Assembly: GCF_964355755.1 (NCBI RefSeq)
Contig: NC_092675.1
Location: 8,737,812 to 8,801,811 of the forward strand
Source: Antedon mediterranea
Taxonomy: Eukaryota > Animalia > Echinodermata
DNA length: 64,000 nt
Direction of reading: 5' to 3'
Part shown: piece by piece, positions 1 through 10,255 of the stretch
How positions within the stretch are numbered: position 1 is the stretch's first letter
How the letters are laid out: each line of letters opens with the position of its first letter
Made by a program: the position numbers and the translations under genes
Notes under the pieces: model-generated
Told to the model about the DNA's origin: nothing
Seen by the model: the letters and a program-made list of their open reading frames with translations, nothing else
The model's database searches: none

Positions 1-36
1 CGTTGAAAACACCGGTTCTCGTCCGAACACCGCAGT

Positions 37-719
37 CCAATAGTAACTTGCAAAATATAGCTAACTCGGCCCTTGCATGGACTCGGCTTAACCATATGAC
101 CCTCAATGCTAAAAAAACATGTGAATTAATTGTGAGTTGTAAGAAAAACAAGTCGATATTTAATCCTCTAATTATTAATAAATGTAGTGTTAACCAGGTT
201 TGCCGTACTAAGCTCCTTGGAATTGTTATATGTGACAATTTATCATGGCAACCCCATATTGAGTCTTTGATAGCTAAATCAAACTCACGGTTATATTTCC
301 TTAAACAATTGCGCCGGTCAGGTCTAGACGCCCAAGCCTTATGCTATTTCTATTGTTGTGTTATCAGACCTGTACTAGAATACGCCGTCCCCGTTTGGGG
401 AACGTGCTTAACTAAATTGCAGTCTGACCAACTGGAAAGTATCCAACGAAGGGCGCTTAGAATCACGTTCCCAGAGCTCAGTTACAACAAAGCAATGGCT
501 CAATGTAATGTGCCTGTGCTATGTGAACGTCGAACTAGACTGTGCAAGGATTACTATCAGAAACTTAAAAACCCTTCCCATAGACTACATCACCTTCTTC
601 CAAAAGCGCCCAAATCTAGATACAATTTAAGACAAGTTAAAGAATTTTGCATTCCAAAAATAAAAACGGAACGATCAAAAAATTTTATTGTAAACTTTGG
701 TCTCTTTCACAAGTGGTAA
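37..719 (+). pseudogene. C-terminal fragment of LINE ORF2 (end of RT, thumb and C-terminal region)
   Basis: Motifs LNAKKTCEL, KLLGIVICDNLSWQPHI, IRPVLEYAVPVW, IQRRALRI and HRLHHLLP. The first ~11 aa of track ORF 3..719 are read from 5S sequence. Confidence 0.85.
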
Positions 720-919
720 GCATACATATATATCCCTGCACAGTCGCTTCGTTCCCTGACTTGACTTCAGTTTGTCTGTTGTTCGATGTTTTTGTGTTAT
801 TTGATTTATATCGTTGATGGATTTGATATATTTTTTCATTTAAGTATAAGTATATATTTTTGTTTAATTCAACCCAAAAGTTGCAATAAAGTATTTTTTT
901 TTATCAGTTTTTTTTTTAT
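37..919 (+). mobile_element. 5'-truncated non-LTR retrotransposon (CR1/L2 group) inserted in a 5S gene
   Basis: 5S stops at ...CCGCAGT (36) and resumes at CAGTTAAACAA (920), giving a CAGT duplication. The insert encodes the C-terminal RT/thumb region and ends with AATAAA and a (T)nATCAG repeat tail. Confidence 0.9.
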
Positions 920-1080
920 CAGTTAAACAACGTCGGGCCTGGTTAGTACTTGGATGGGAGACCGCCTGGGAATACCTGGTGTCGTAGACCTATGTTTAAC
1001 TTTTTTAAATTATACTAAACAATGTTTATTTTACCTTTCAATTATGTTTTTATGACAGTAATTATAAGATCTTTCTAATT

Positions 1081-1086
1081 TATAAT
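1081..1086 (+). promoter_or_regulatory. TATA-like element at -28 to -23 upstream of 5S (present in most units)
   Basis: TATAAT at the position typical of 5S upstream elements. Confidence 0.5.
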
Positions 1087-1108
1087 CTTGAACCGCAAGT
1101 AACCGAAC

Positions 1109-1228
1109 GTCTACAACCATACCACGTTGAAAACACCGGTTCTCGTCCGAACACCGCAGTTAAACAACGTCGGGCCTGGTTAGTACTTGGATGGGAGACC
1201 GCCTGGGAATACCTGGTGTCGTAGACCT
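1109..1228 (+). rRNA. 5S rRNA gene (representative unit; ~110 copies in the window)
   Basis: GTCTACAACCATACCACGTTGAAAACACCGGTTCTCGTCCG...GTTAGTACTTGGATGGGAGACCGCCTGGGAATACC...GTCGTAGACCT matches metazoan 5S. The 5' GTCTAC pairs with the 3' GTAGAC (helix I). Confidence 0.93.
1158..1205 (+). promoter_or_regulatory. Pol III type-1 internal control region (A box, intermediate element, C box)
   Basis: 5S positions 50-97: AGTTAAACAACGTCG ... TGGATGGGAGACCGCCTG. Confidence 0.75.
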
Positions 1229-1237
1229 ATGTTTAAC

Positions 1238-1243
1238 TTTTTT
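1238..1243 (+). terminator. Pol III oligo-T terminator (T6) of the 5S unit
   Basis: TTTTTT begins 10 nt after the mature 3' end in essentially every unit. Confidence 0.7.
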
Positions 1244-1345
1244 AAATTATACTAAATAAAGTTTATTTTACCTTTCAATTATATTTTCATGACAGTAACT
1301 ATAAGATCTTTCTAAGTTATAATCTTGAACCGCAAGTAACCGAAT

Positions 1346-1398
1346 GTCTACAACCGTACCAGGTTGCCTAGCCTGTGAATATCTGTTGTCGTACACCT
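1346..1398 (+). pseudogene. Internally deleted 5S pseudogene (first part of the higher-order module)
   Basis: GTCTACAACCGTACCAGGTTG (5S 5' end) is joined to GCCTGTGAATATCTGTTGTCGTACACCT (degenerate 5S 3' end). About 65 nt, including the A box, are missing. Confidence 0.85.
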
Positions 1399-1525
1399 GT
1401 TTTTATCTTTTTAATAATCCTAAAATATAGTCTCCTTTAAGTGTTTCGATTTTCCAAAAATGTGTTTATACTGTTGATGATAGTATAAGTAAATAAATTC
1501 AAACTGTAACCGCAATTAATCGAAA

Positions 1526-1586
1526 GTTTTTCAACTAAACTGCATTGAAAACAACGGTTCTCGTCCGATCACTGAAGTTAAACAAG
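1526..1586 (+). pseudogene. 5'-half 5S relic within the module
   Basis: TTGAAAACAACGGTTCTCGTCCGATCACTGAAGTTAAACAA, preceded by a degenerate AACCGCAATTAATCGAA upstream motif. Confidence 0.85.
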
Positions 1587-2811
1587 TTGTTGTTCAAAGA
1601 CATGTTTGTTGTTGTATGTTGCTGCTGTGGTGACGGTACAAACGTCACTGTACTACGCGGGCGTCCACTTGTGTGCGCGTTTGATTCTTAGCAACAAAGC
1701 GGCCTGAATCTTTTGTACATGCCGCTAATGTGTTATGCTTCATTGTACAGTGTTATTCTTTCCTTTATATTATCTTTTTACGAACCTCAGTATAACTTTT
1801 TAAATTATACTAAACAAAGTTGAATTTACCTTTCAAGTATGTGTTTCTTCAACAGAAGTGGGTGTAAATATCAACGTCATGGTTTCAGCAGCTGCTAATT
1901 TCAATCCTAGAAAATGTTCTATAATAAATGAACAAAAGTATTAGGTTATAGGATATATGTGTTTATAGAGATTTTCACAGTGAATATAAGATTTATATAT
2001 ACTTTGAACCGCAAGTAACCGAACGTCTACAACCATACCATGTTGAAAACACCGGTTCTGGTCCAAACACCGCAGTTAAACAACGTCGGGCCTGGTTAGT
2101 ACTTGGATGGGAGACCGCCTGGGAATACCTGGTGTCGTAGACCTATGTTTAACTTTTTTAAATTATACTAAACAATGTTTATTTTACCTTTCAATTATGT
2201 TTTTATGACAGTAACTATAAGATCTTTCTAAGTTATAATCTTGAACCGCAAGTAACCGAACGTCTACAACCATACCACGTTGAAAACACCGGTTCTCGTC
2301 CGAACACCGCAGTTAAACAACGTCGGGCCTGGTTAGTACTTGGATGGGAGACCGCCTGGGAATACCTGGTGTCGTAGACCTATGTTTAACTTTTTTAAAT
2401 TATACTAAATAAAGTTTATTTTACCTTTCAATTATATTTTCATGACAGTAACTATAAGATCTTTCTAAGTTATAATCTTGAACCGCAAGTAACCGAATGT
2501 CTACAACCGTACCAGGTTGCCTAGCCTGTGAATATCTGTTGTCGTACACCTGTTTTTATCTTTTTAATAATCCTAAAATATAGTCTCCTTTAAGTGTTTC
2601 GATTTTCCAAAAATTTGTTTATACTGTTGATGATAGTATAAGTAAATAAATTCAAACTGTAACCGCAATTAATCGAAAGTTTTTCAACTAAACTGCATTG
2701 AAAACAACGGTTCTCGTCCGATCACTGAAGTTAAACAAGTTGTTGTTCAAAGACATGTTTGTTGTTGTATGTTGCTGCTGTGGTGACGGTACAAACGTCA
2801 CTGGTATACAT

Positions 2812-4371
2812 ATGGAAAAAGAAATGGAGAGGATCGACATATCTGATTCTCCCCCAACACTAACAAAAATGGATTCTAAGCCAAACTCACAAACTGCTTG
2901 TTCTCCGCCAACCTTATTGAGAATCTGCGATGAATTCCCTTCAATAAATGAGCAACATCCTGGAACCTTTGATAAAAGGTTTAACAATATTATTGTCAAC
3001 TATATGGAAGAAAACTATGAGCTTAAGCTACAAATTGTAAGAACAGAAAATGAAAATCTCAGAACAGAAAACAAATCACTAAACTCTGAGGTTGAGTCTC
3101 TGAAACAAAGGCATCTAAAAATACACTGTCCCCAAAAAAATGATGACATTTCTAAAATTAGAGCTGATATCGACAAATCTAATGAAAGAATGAAAAAATT
3201 GGAGAAGGAAAACAAAAATCTGAAACTTGACTTTGAGTCTTGGAGGTTATGGGAAAAACGGACAATGAACAAGGAAGAACAAATAAAGACATTACGTCAA
3301 CAAGTTACAGAAACGGAGCGTAGCTTATCCATAGCTAAAGACGAAATATATGAACTAAAAAGAACGCAAATTGCCATCGACACCTCAGATTTTGAACTAC
3401 AACGTAGGACGAGAAAACAAATAATGGAAAGTCACACAAGTTCTACGACAACGCAAACAAGGAAAGTTTCTTCTAACACAAACGATTCTATTACACAAAC
3501 TGAACAATTGATTGATAATCTGTTTGAGGAGCTTACCAACAGGCAGCCATCTTCTACTCCTTCAAAACTGACCAAATCAAAATCATCTGCGTCTGCTGCA
3601 TACCAGGATCAACTAAGCCAATATAGAAACAAACACAAACAGATACACTCCGATACAGCTTTAGATAAAAAAATCTTGATTATTGGAGATTCGATGATAA
3701 AACAGTTTAAACCAAAACGACTTAGCAGGTCAACAAATCTGAACGTAATCTGTCAGACAATGAGAGGCGCGAAAATTGATGACATTGCACACAAGGCAGC
3801 AGTACTGTCAACAGAACATAATGTGGATAGAATTATTCTACACGCGGGAACTAATAACTCCTCAGATGACCCAGCCACTATTGCAGTAAAAATATCATCT
3901 CTCGGAGAATCTTTACAACCGAGAAGAGTAACAATCTCCTCGATAATTCATCGAAAACATGAATCTCTTACAGAATCTAAGCGTATAAACGATGCCAATG
4001 ACAAGATACGAGCAGTTGCTAGACAGCGAAATTGGGGCTTTTTTGACAATAGTTGTATCATGTCAAAACACCTGTCTTCGGATGGAACTCACCTAAACCA
4101 AATTGGAGTTGGGTCATTTGCCAAAAATGTTATAAACCACATCAATGGAAATTCGTGCGACGAATCTTTGTCTGTACCTGTGCCTGACATACACAAGCCA
4201 CAGTCGTCGATTTTTCATCGTGCGAATATGTATCAACGACAAACGGAAGCAAATCGTCCATTGGAGAATCATCAATTTCTACAAATAAAACCCCACAGAG
4301 ACCAAATACACCAAGAGTGGAGCCAGTACCTGGACACAGTCCGCCGACTGCAAAAGGACACAGCGCCATAA
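2812..4371 (+). CDS. LINE ORF1: coiled coil plus SGNH/GDSL esterase domain
   Basis: Heptad-rich N half, followed by SGNH blocks IIGDSM, RGA, HAGTNN and DGTHLN. The first ATG inside the element is at 2812; the track's extension to 2698 lies in host spacer. Confidence 0.88.
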   Translation: MEKEMERIDISDSPPTLTKMDSKPNSQTACSPPTLLRICDEFPSINEQHPGTFDKRFNNIIVNYMEENYELKLQIVRTENENLRTENKSLNSEVESLKQRHLKIHCPQKNDDISKIRADIDKSNERMKKLEKENKNLKLDFESWRLWEKRTMNKEEQIKTLRQQVTETERSLSIAKDEIYELKRTQIAIDTSDFELQRRTRKQIMESHTSSTTTQTRKVSSNTNDSITQTEQLIDNLFEELTNRQPSSTPSKLTKSKSSASAAYQDQLSQYRNKHKQIHSDTALDKKILIIGDSMIKQFKPKRLSRSTNLNVICQTMRGAKIDDIAHKAAVLSTEHNVDRIILHAGTNNSSDDPATIAVKISSLGESLQPRRVTISSIIHRKHESLTESKRINDANDKIRAVARQRNWGFFDNSCIMSKHLSSDGTHLNQIGVGSFAKNVINHINGNSCDESLSVPVPDIHKPQSSIFHRANMYQRQTEANRPLENHQFLQIKPHRDQIHQEWSQYLDTVRRLQKDTAP

Positions 4372-7300
4372 GTACTCATTTTTCTAAATTAAAATTATGT
4401 GTACTTAATGCTCGATCCACGCAACGCAAAGCCTCAAGAAAAGGAGTGGAGCAAGTATCTGGAAATGGTGAGACGAGTACTAAATCCACAGAAAAGCATA
4501 GGTCTATAGAAAAAGCACATCTTAATTTTGGCGTTCTAAATGCACGTTCACTGCGTAACAAGTGTGATGAATTTGTGGACTTAGTTGTTAGCTATAATCT
4601 AGATGTAGTGGCGGTGTCTGAAACCTGGTTAAGACCAGATGATGATCTTGTGATTGGAGATTTAACTCCACTAGGATATCGCTTTGTGCATGTCCCTAGG
4701 GTGGACAAAACTGGGGGTGGTGTTGGAATTCTGTCTAAGTCAAGCTTAGTTGTTAACTTGAAAACGGATGTACATACATATGCATCATTTGAGGCTATAC
4801 ATGTGCATATTACGTCTAACTCGAAATCTCTTCGTTTAGTTAACATATATCGACCACCAACCTTGTCTGTTACAGAGTTCCTAAATGATTTTGAAAAAAT
4901 GTTGTTTGACTTTATTCTCTTTTCGTCTGAAATTGTTTTCTGCGGAGACTTTAATATCCATATGGATAATAAAAAAAATGTGGCAGCGGATAGATTTAAA
5001 ACACTGCTTAGATCGTTTGGTCTCCAGCAGCATATAAATGAACCCACACACTGTAGTGGGCACTGCCTCGACCTTATCATCACTAGAGATGATCTACTTC
5101 TCTCGGATGTAAAGATACACCCTGGCCTGTCAGATCATTTTGTCATATTTTGCAAGTTTGATCTTAAACGGCCCACAACACACAAAACTGTAAGAAAAAG
5201 TCGCAACCTAAAACAAATTGATATTGATAAATTCACAAATGACAATAAAGCCTGTGTGTCTAATATAACTGATGTAAGTGTAATTCTTGAAGACAGTGTA
5301 GAAAGCTATTCTGATCTCAGAGCTGTACTTGATTTACATGCGCCAGTTCAGAACAAAACAATTAGGCAAAAGGAAGCTAAACCGTGGTATACCGATGAAA
5401 TTCGATCTGAAAGGAAAGTACGTCGTCAACTTGAACGTAAATGGATGAAATCAAAGCTTCCTAAGGATAGACAGGAATACTGTGTTCAAAGATGCGTTGT
5501 AAATGGACTGATTGAAAAGGCCAAGACGCGGTATTACTCTAGTCTGGTTAGTGACTGCACAGGTGATCAAAAGAAACTTTTCAATATAGTAAATAAACTT
5601 TTACATCACTCCAAGTCATCGGTCCTTCCTTCGTCTGTCTCCGATGAAGCTCTTGCTGAAAGATTTTCTATGTTTTTTGTAAATAAAATTAAATCAATTC
5701 GTGATTCACTAGAAAATGAAAATACTGGCGAAGTTATAACTGCTTCTGATAAATGTAATATATCTTATGGTTTAACTAGGTCTATACGGTTTTCTCAGTT
5801 CGAACCTGCAAGTGATGAGGAAATTTTAAAAATTGTCAAAAATTCTCCCTCTAAATCATGTGCACTTGACCCGGTACCAACTTCACTGATTAAGAAATGT
5901 ACTTCTGCATTTATTCCATTAATCACACATATTGTTAATAAGTCTCTTGAAAGTGGTTCTTTCCCAGAGTCTCTAAAAGTCACCCATGTTCGACCCACAT
6001 TGAAAAAAACAGGTCTAGATCCCGAGATTCTGAAAAACTACAGACCTATCTCGAATCTTAGTTTTTTAGGAAAAATAATTGAGAAGGTTGTTTCTAAACG
6101 GATTTTGTCGCATGTACAAAAACATGGCCTACTTGATCCGTATCAATCTGCCTACAAAGCGCATCACAGTACTGAAACGGCATTACTTCGTGTAAATAAT
6201 GACATCCTACGTGGGATGGATGATGGAAAGCTAACTGCTCTAGTATTATTAGATTTAAGTGCAGCATTTGATACGGTTGATCATTCTGTGTTGCTAAATA
6301 GACTCAGTACTTATATTGGTATTGAAGGAAATGCACTTGATTGGTGTCGGTCATATTTGGAAAAACGACCTCAACACGTATGTATTGGTGATGCTATTTC
6401 AAAAGCTTCTTTTCTAACCTTTTCGGTACCACAAGGATCTGTTCTTGGGCCGCAATGGTTTACTATTTATTTACACCCGATACGGGATATCATAAGTAAA
6501 TATGATCTGTGCTATCATGTTTATGCTGATGATACTCAGATTTATATTTCTTTTAAACCTACTATGAAACACAGTGACATTTCTTTGGAATTGCTCCAAC
6601 ATTGTATCTATGAATTGCGTGTCTGGATGAAAAACAACTTTCTTAAATTAAATGATGAAAAAACAGAATTTGTTCTCTTTGGATCAAAACAGCAGTTGGA
6701 AAAACTGCCACCAAGCTTTATTCACATTGGTGAAACCCAAATTGACCCGGCTAGGCAGGTTAGAAATCTTGGGTTTGAAATGGATGTGAGTATGACTATG
6801 ATTTCTCATATCTCAAAAACTATTTCTGCGTCGTCTTTTCACTTGCGAAACATTCGAAGGATTCGTAAGTTTATAAATGAGACAGCAGCTAAACAACTTG
6901 TTCATGCTTTTGTCACTTCACGACTAGATATGGGAAACTCTTTGCTATACGGGCTACCACAAAAACAACTCCACAGGCTCCAACTGATTCAAAATACAGC
7001 GGCACGAGTTGTTAAAAAATTACCAAGATATGGACACATATCAAATACTTTGGAAATATTGCATTGGCTCCCTGTTAGGTACCGCATTGTTTTTAAAATA
7101 TTACTCTTTGTTTTTAAGTATATAAATGGCATGGCTCCTGAATATATTTCTGACATGCTTAGGCTGTATGTTCCCGGACGTAATCTGCGCTCTAGTGACT
7201 CGCTGCTTCTACATCAGCCTAAGTCTCACCACTCATGGGGTGACAGAGCATTCTCCGTTACTGCTCCTCGTCTGTGGAATGCTCTACCGAGCTCTATAAG

Positions 7301-7385
7301 ATTTTGCAAAACTGTTGATACTTTTAAAAAATTATTAAAAACACATTTATTCATTAAGGCATATGGAAATCATGAGGTTTCTTAA
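4317..7385 (+). CDS. LINE ORF2: APE endonuclease plus reverse transcriptase (L2)
   Basis: NARS, SETWL, IYRPP, GDFN, LDLII, SDH; NYRPISNL, LDLSAAFDTVDH, VPQGSVLGP, YADD; LHWLP. The frame is open from 4188 and has no ATG before the APE domain. Confidence 0.95.
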   Translation: MEPVPGHSPPTAKGHSAISTHFSKLKLCVLNARSTQRKASRKGVEQVSGNGETSTKSTEKHRSIEKAHLNFGVLNARSLRNKCDEFVDLVVSYNLDVVAVSETWLRPDDDLVIGDLTPLGYRFVHVPRVDKTGGGVGILSKSSLVVNLKTDVHTYASFEAIHVHITSNSKSLRLVNIYRPPTLSVTEFLNDFEKMLFDFILFSSEIVFCGDFNIHMDNKKNVAADRFKTLLRSFGLQQHINEPTHCSGHCLDLIITRDDLLLSDVKIHPGLSDHFVIFCKFDLKRPTTHKTVRKSRNLKQIDIDKFTNDNKACVSNITDVSVILEDSVESYSDLRAVLDLHAPVQNKTIRQKEAKPWYTDEIRSERKVRRQLERKWMKSKLPKDRQEYCVQRCVVNGLIEKAKTRYYSSLVSDCTGDQKKLFNIVNKLLHHSKSSVLPSSVSDEALAERFSMFFVNKIKSIRDSLENENTGEVITASDKCNISYGLTRSIRFSQFEPASDEEILKIVKNSPSKSCALDPVPTSLIKKCTSAFIPLITHIVNKSLESGSFPESLKVTHVRPTLKKTGLDPEILKNYRPISNLSFLGKIIEKVVSKRILSHVQKHGLLDPYQSAYKAHHSTETALLRVNNDILRGMDDGKLTALVLLDLSAAFDTVDHSVLLNRLSTYIGIEGNALDWCRSYLEKRPQHVCIGDAISKASFLTFSVPQGSVLGPQWFTIYLHPIRDIISKYDLCYHVYADDTQIYISFKPTMKHSDISLELLQHCIYELRVWMKNNFLKLNDEKTEFVLFGSKQQLEKLPPSFIHIGETQIDPARQVRNLGFEMDVSMTMISHISKTISASSFHLRNIRRIRKFINETAAKQLVHAFVTSRLDMGNSLLYGLPQKQLHRLQLIQNTAARVVKKLPRYGHISNTLEILHWLPVRYRIVFKILLFVFKYINGMAPEYISDMLRLYVPGRNLRSSDSLLLHQPKSHHSWGDRAFSVTAPRLWNALPSSIRFCKTVDTFKKLLKTHLFIKAYGNHEVS

Positions 7386-7679
7386 AGTTGTTTAGACTTA
7401 GAATTGTTTTGTATACCTTTTCCTGGCCAGCATTCTCTTTGGGGTGCCTCTGTCTTGGTTGTTGTCTCTGAGCACCCGGTCGTCTGTGGCAAGGCAAATG
7501 TGTATCCTGCTCCTTTGTTTGGTCACCTAGGTAGGGGTCCGGGACCGCGACAGAATGACAACGGATGGGGACCCTCCAAAGAAATTGCATTTTATTTGCC
7601 AGGAATTTGTATGATTTATTTCTTTTTTATTTTTAAATGCGCCTTGAGCACTCTGGAGTGGTATGTGCGCTATAAAAAT

Positions 7680-7700
7680 CTTATTATTATTATTATTATT
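7680..7700 (+). repeat. (TTA)n 3' tail of the L2 element
   Basis: TTATTATTATTATTATTATT directly before the TSD. Confidence 0.9.
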
Positions 7701-10255
7701 ACTGTACTACGCGGGCGTCCACTTGTGTGCGCGTTTGATTCTTAGCAACAAAGCGGCCTGAATTTTTTGTACATGCCGCTAATGTGTTATGCTTCATTGT
7801 ACAGTGTTATTGTTTCCTTTATATTATCTTTTTAAGAACCTCAGTATAACTTTTTAAATTATACTAAACAAAGTTGAATTTACCTTTCAAGTATGTGTTT
7901 CTTCAACAGAAGTGGGTGTAAATACCAACGTCATGGTTTCAGCAGCTGCTAATTTCAATCCTAGAAAATGTTCTATAATAAATGAACAAAACTATTAGGT
8001 TATAGGATATATATGTTTATAGAGATTTTGACAGTGAATATAAGATGTATATATACTTGAACCGCAAGTAACCGAACGTCTACAACCATACCACGTTGAA
8101 AACACCGGTTCTCGTCCGAACACCGCAGTTAAACAACGTCGGGCCTGGTTAGTACTTGGATGGGAGACCGCCTGGGAATACCTGGTGTCGTAGACCTATG
8201 TTTAACTTTTTTAAATTATACTAAACAATGTTTATTTTACCTTTCAATTATGTTTTTTGACAGTAACTATAAGATCTTTCTCAGTTATAATCTTGAACCG
8301 CAAGTAACCGAATGTCTACAACCATACCACGTTGAAAACACCGGTTCTCGTCCGAACACCGCAGTTAAACAACGTCGGGCCTGGTTAGTACTTGGATGGG
8401 AGACCGCCTGGGAATACCTGGTGTCGTAGACCTATGTTTAACTTTTTTAAATTATACTAAATAAAGTTTATTTTACCTTTCAATTATATTTTCATGACAG
8501 TAACTATAAGATCTTTCTAAGTTATAATCTTGAACCGCAAGTAACCGAATGTCTACAACCGTACCAGGTTGCCTAGCCTGTGAATATCTGTTGTCGTACA
8601 CCTGTTTTTATCTTTTTAATAATCCTAAAATATAGTCTCCTTTAAGTGTTTCGATTTTCCAAAAATGTGTTTATACTGTTGATGATAGTATAAGTAAATA
8701 AATTCAAACTGTAACCGCAATTAATCGAAAGTTTTTCAACTAAACTGCATTGAAAACAACGGTTCTCGTCCGATCACTGAAGTTAAACAAGTTGTTGTTC
8801 AAAGACATGTTTGTTGTTGTATGTTGCTGCTGTGGTGACGGTACAAACGTCACTGTACTACGCGGGCGTCCACTTGTGTGCGCGTTTGATTCTTAGCAAC
8901 AAAGCGGCCTGAATCTTTTGTACATGCCGCAATGTGTTATGCTTCATTGTACAGTGTTATTGTTTCCTTTATATTATCTTTTTAAGAACCTCAGTATAAC
9001 TTTTTAAATTATACTAAACAAAGTTGAATTTACCTTTCAAGTATGTGTTTCTTCAACAGAAGTGGGTGTAAATACCAACGTCATGGTTTCAGCAGCTGCT
9101 AATTTCAATCCTAGAAAATGTTCTATAATAAATGAACAAAACTATTAGGTTATAGGATATATATGTTTATAGAGATTTTGACAGTGAATATAAGATGTAT
9201 ATATACTTGAACCGCAAGTAACCGAACGTCTACAACCATACCACGTTGAAAACACCGGTTCTCGTCCGAACACCGCAGTTAAACAACGTCGGGCCTGGTT
9301 AGTACTTGGATGGAAGACCGCCTGGGAATACCTGGTGTCGTAGACCTATGTTTAACTTTTTTAAATTATACTAAACAATGTTTATTTTACCTTTCAATTA
9401 TGTTTTTTGACAGTAACTATAAGTTCTTTCTCAGTTATAATCTTGAACCGCAAGTAACCGAATGTCTACAACCGTACCAGGTTGCCTAGCCTGTGAATAT
9501 CTGTTGTCGTACACCTGTTTTTATCTTTTTAATAATCCTAAAATATAGTCTCGTTTAAGTGTTTCTATTTTCCAAAAATGTGTTTATACTGTTGATGATA
9601 GTATAAGTAAATAAATTCAAACTGTAACCGCAATTAATCGAAAGTTTTTCAACTAAACTGCATTGAAAACAACGGTTCTCGTCCGATCACTGAAGTTAAA
9701 CAAGTTGTTGTTCAAAGACATGTTTGTTGTTGTATGTTGCTGCTGTGGTGACGGTACAAACGTCACTGTACTACGCGGTCGTCCACTTGTGTGCGCGTTT
9801 GATTCTTAGCAACAACGCGGCCTGAATCTTTTGTACATGCCGCTATTGTGTTATGCTTCTTTGTACAGTGTTATTGTTTCCTTTATATTATCTTTTTAAG
9901 AACCTCAGTATAACTTTTTAAATTATACTAAACAAAGTTGAATTTACCTTTCAAGTATGTGTTTCTTCAACAGAAGTGGGTGTAAATACCAACGTCATGG
10001 TTTCAGCAGCTGCTAATTTCAATCCTAGAAAATGTTCTATAATAAATGAACAAAACTATTAGGTTATAGGATATATATGTTTATAGAGATTTTGACAGTG
10101 AATATAAGATGTATATATACTTGAACCGCAAGTAACCGAACGTCTACAACCATACCACGTTGAAAACACCGGTTCTCGTCCGAACACCGCAGTTAAACAA
10201 CGTCGGGCCTGGTTAGTACTTGGATGGGAGACCGCCTGGGAATACCTGGTGTCGT

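Larger units (their letters stand above)
1346..2024 (+). repeat. ~680-bp higher-order module (about 27 copies)
   Basis: Order: deleted 5S, degenerate spacer, 5'-half 5S relic (1526-1586), non-5S segment (1587-1780), degenerate spacer with an insert. Recurs, for example, near 2500, 8550, 9460, 13540, 15360, 42040, 50160, 58370, 60930 and 62560. Confidence 0.92.
2804..7700 (+). mobile_element. L2-clade LINE, two open ORFs, almost no 5' UTR
   Basis: ACTG is duplicated at 2800-2803 and 7701-7704. It has a (TTA)n tail, an L2-type 3' end GCGCCTTGAG...GCGCTATAAA, an esterase ORF1 and an APE-RT ORF2. Confidence 0.95.

Noticed and set aside
920-2803. CRISPR-like appearance of regular repeats
   Set aside because: The spacers are near-identical rather than unique, the repeat is 5S rRNA, and the context is eukaryotic with no cas genes.
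2698-2811. N-terminal extension of L2 ORF1 with a CCCC stretch
   Set aside because: It lies almost entirely upstream of the TSD in the host module, so the in-frame join is coincidental.
4142-5998. Antisense ORFs within the LINEs (also 2688-2999, 3015-3272, 26536-26766, 27851-28033, 28903-29124)
   Set aside because: They are shadow frames of long sense ORFs and carry no motifs.
7354-7745. ORFs on both strands of the L2 3' UTR
   Set aside because: They arise from the GC-rich structured stretch, and the + one runs through the (TTA)n tail into host sequence.
8160-8429. Recurrent 89-aa ORF (MGDRLGIP...) and its 70-109 aa variants
   Set aside because: It is a chance read-through of the 5S 3' half, spacer and next 5S. 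It opens or closes with a 1-bp indel in the spacer T-run and has no protein motif.
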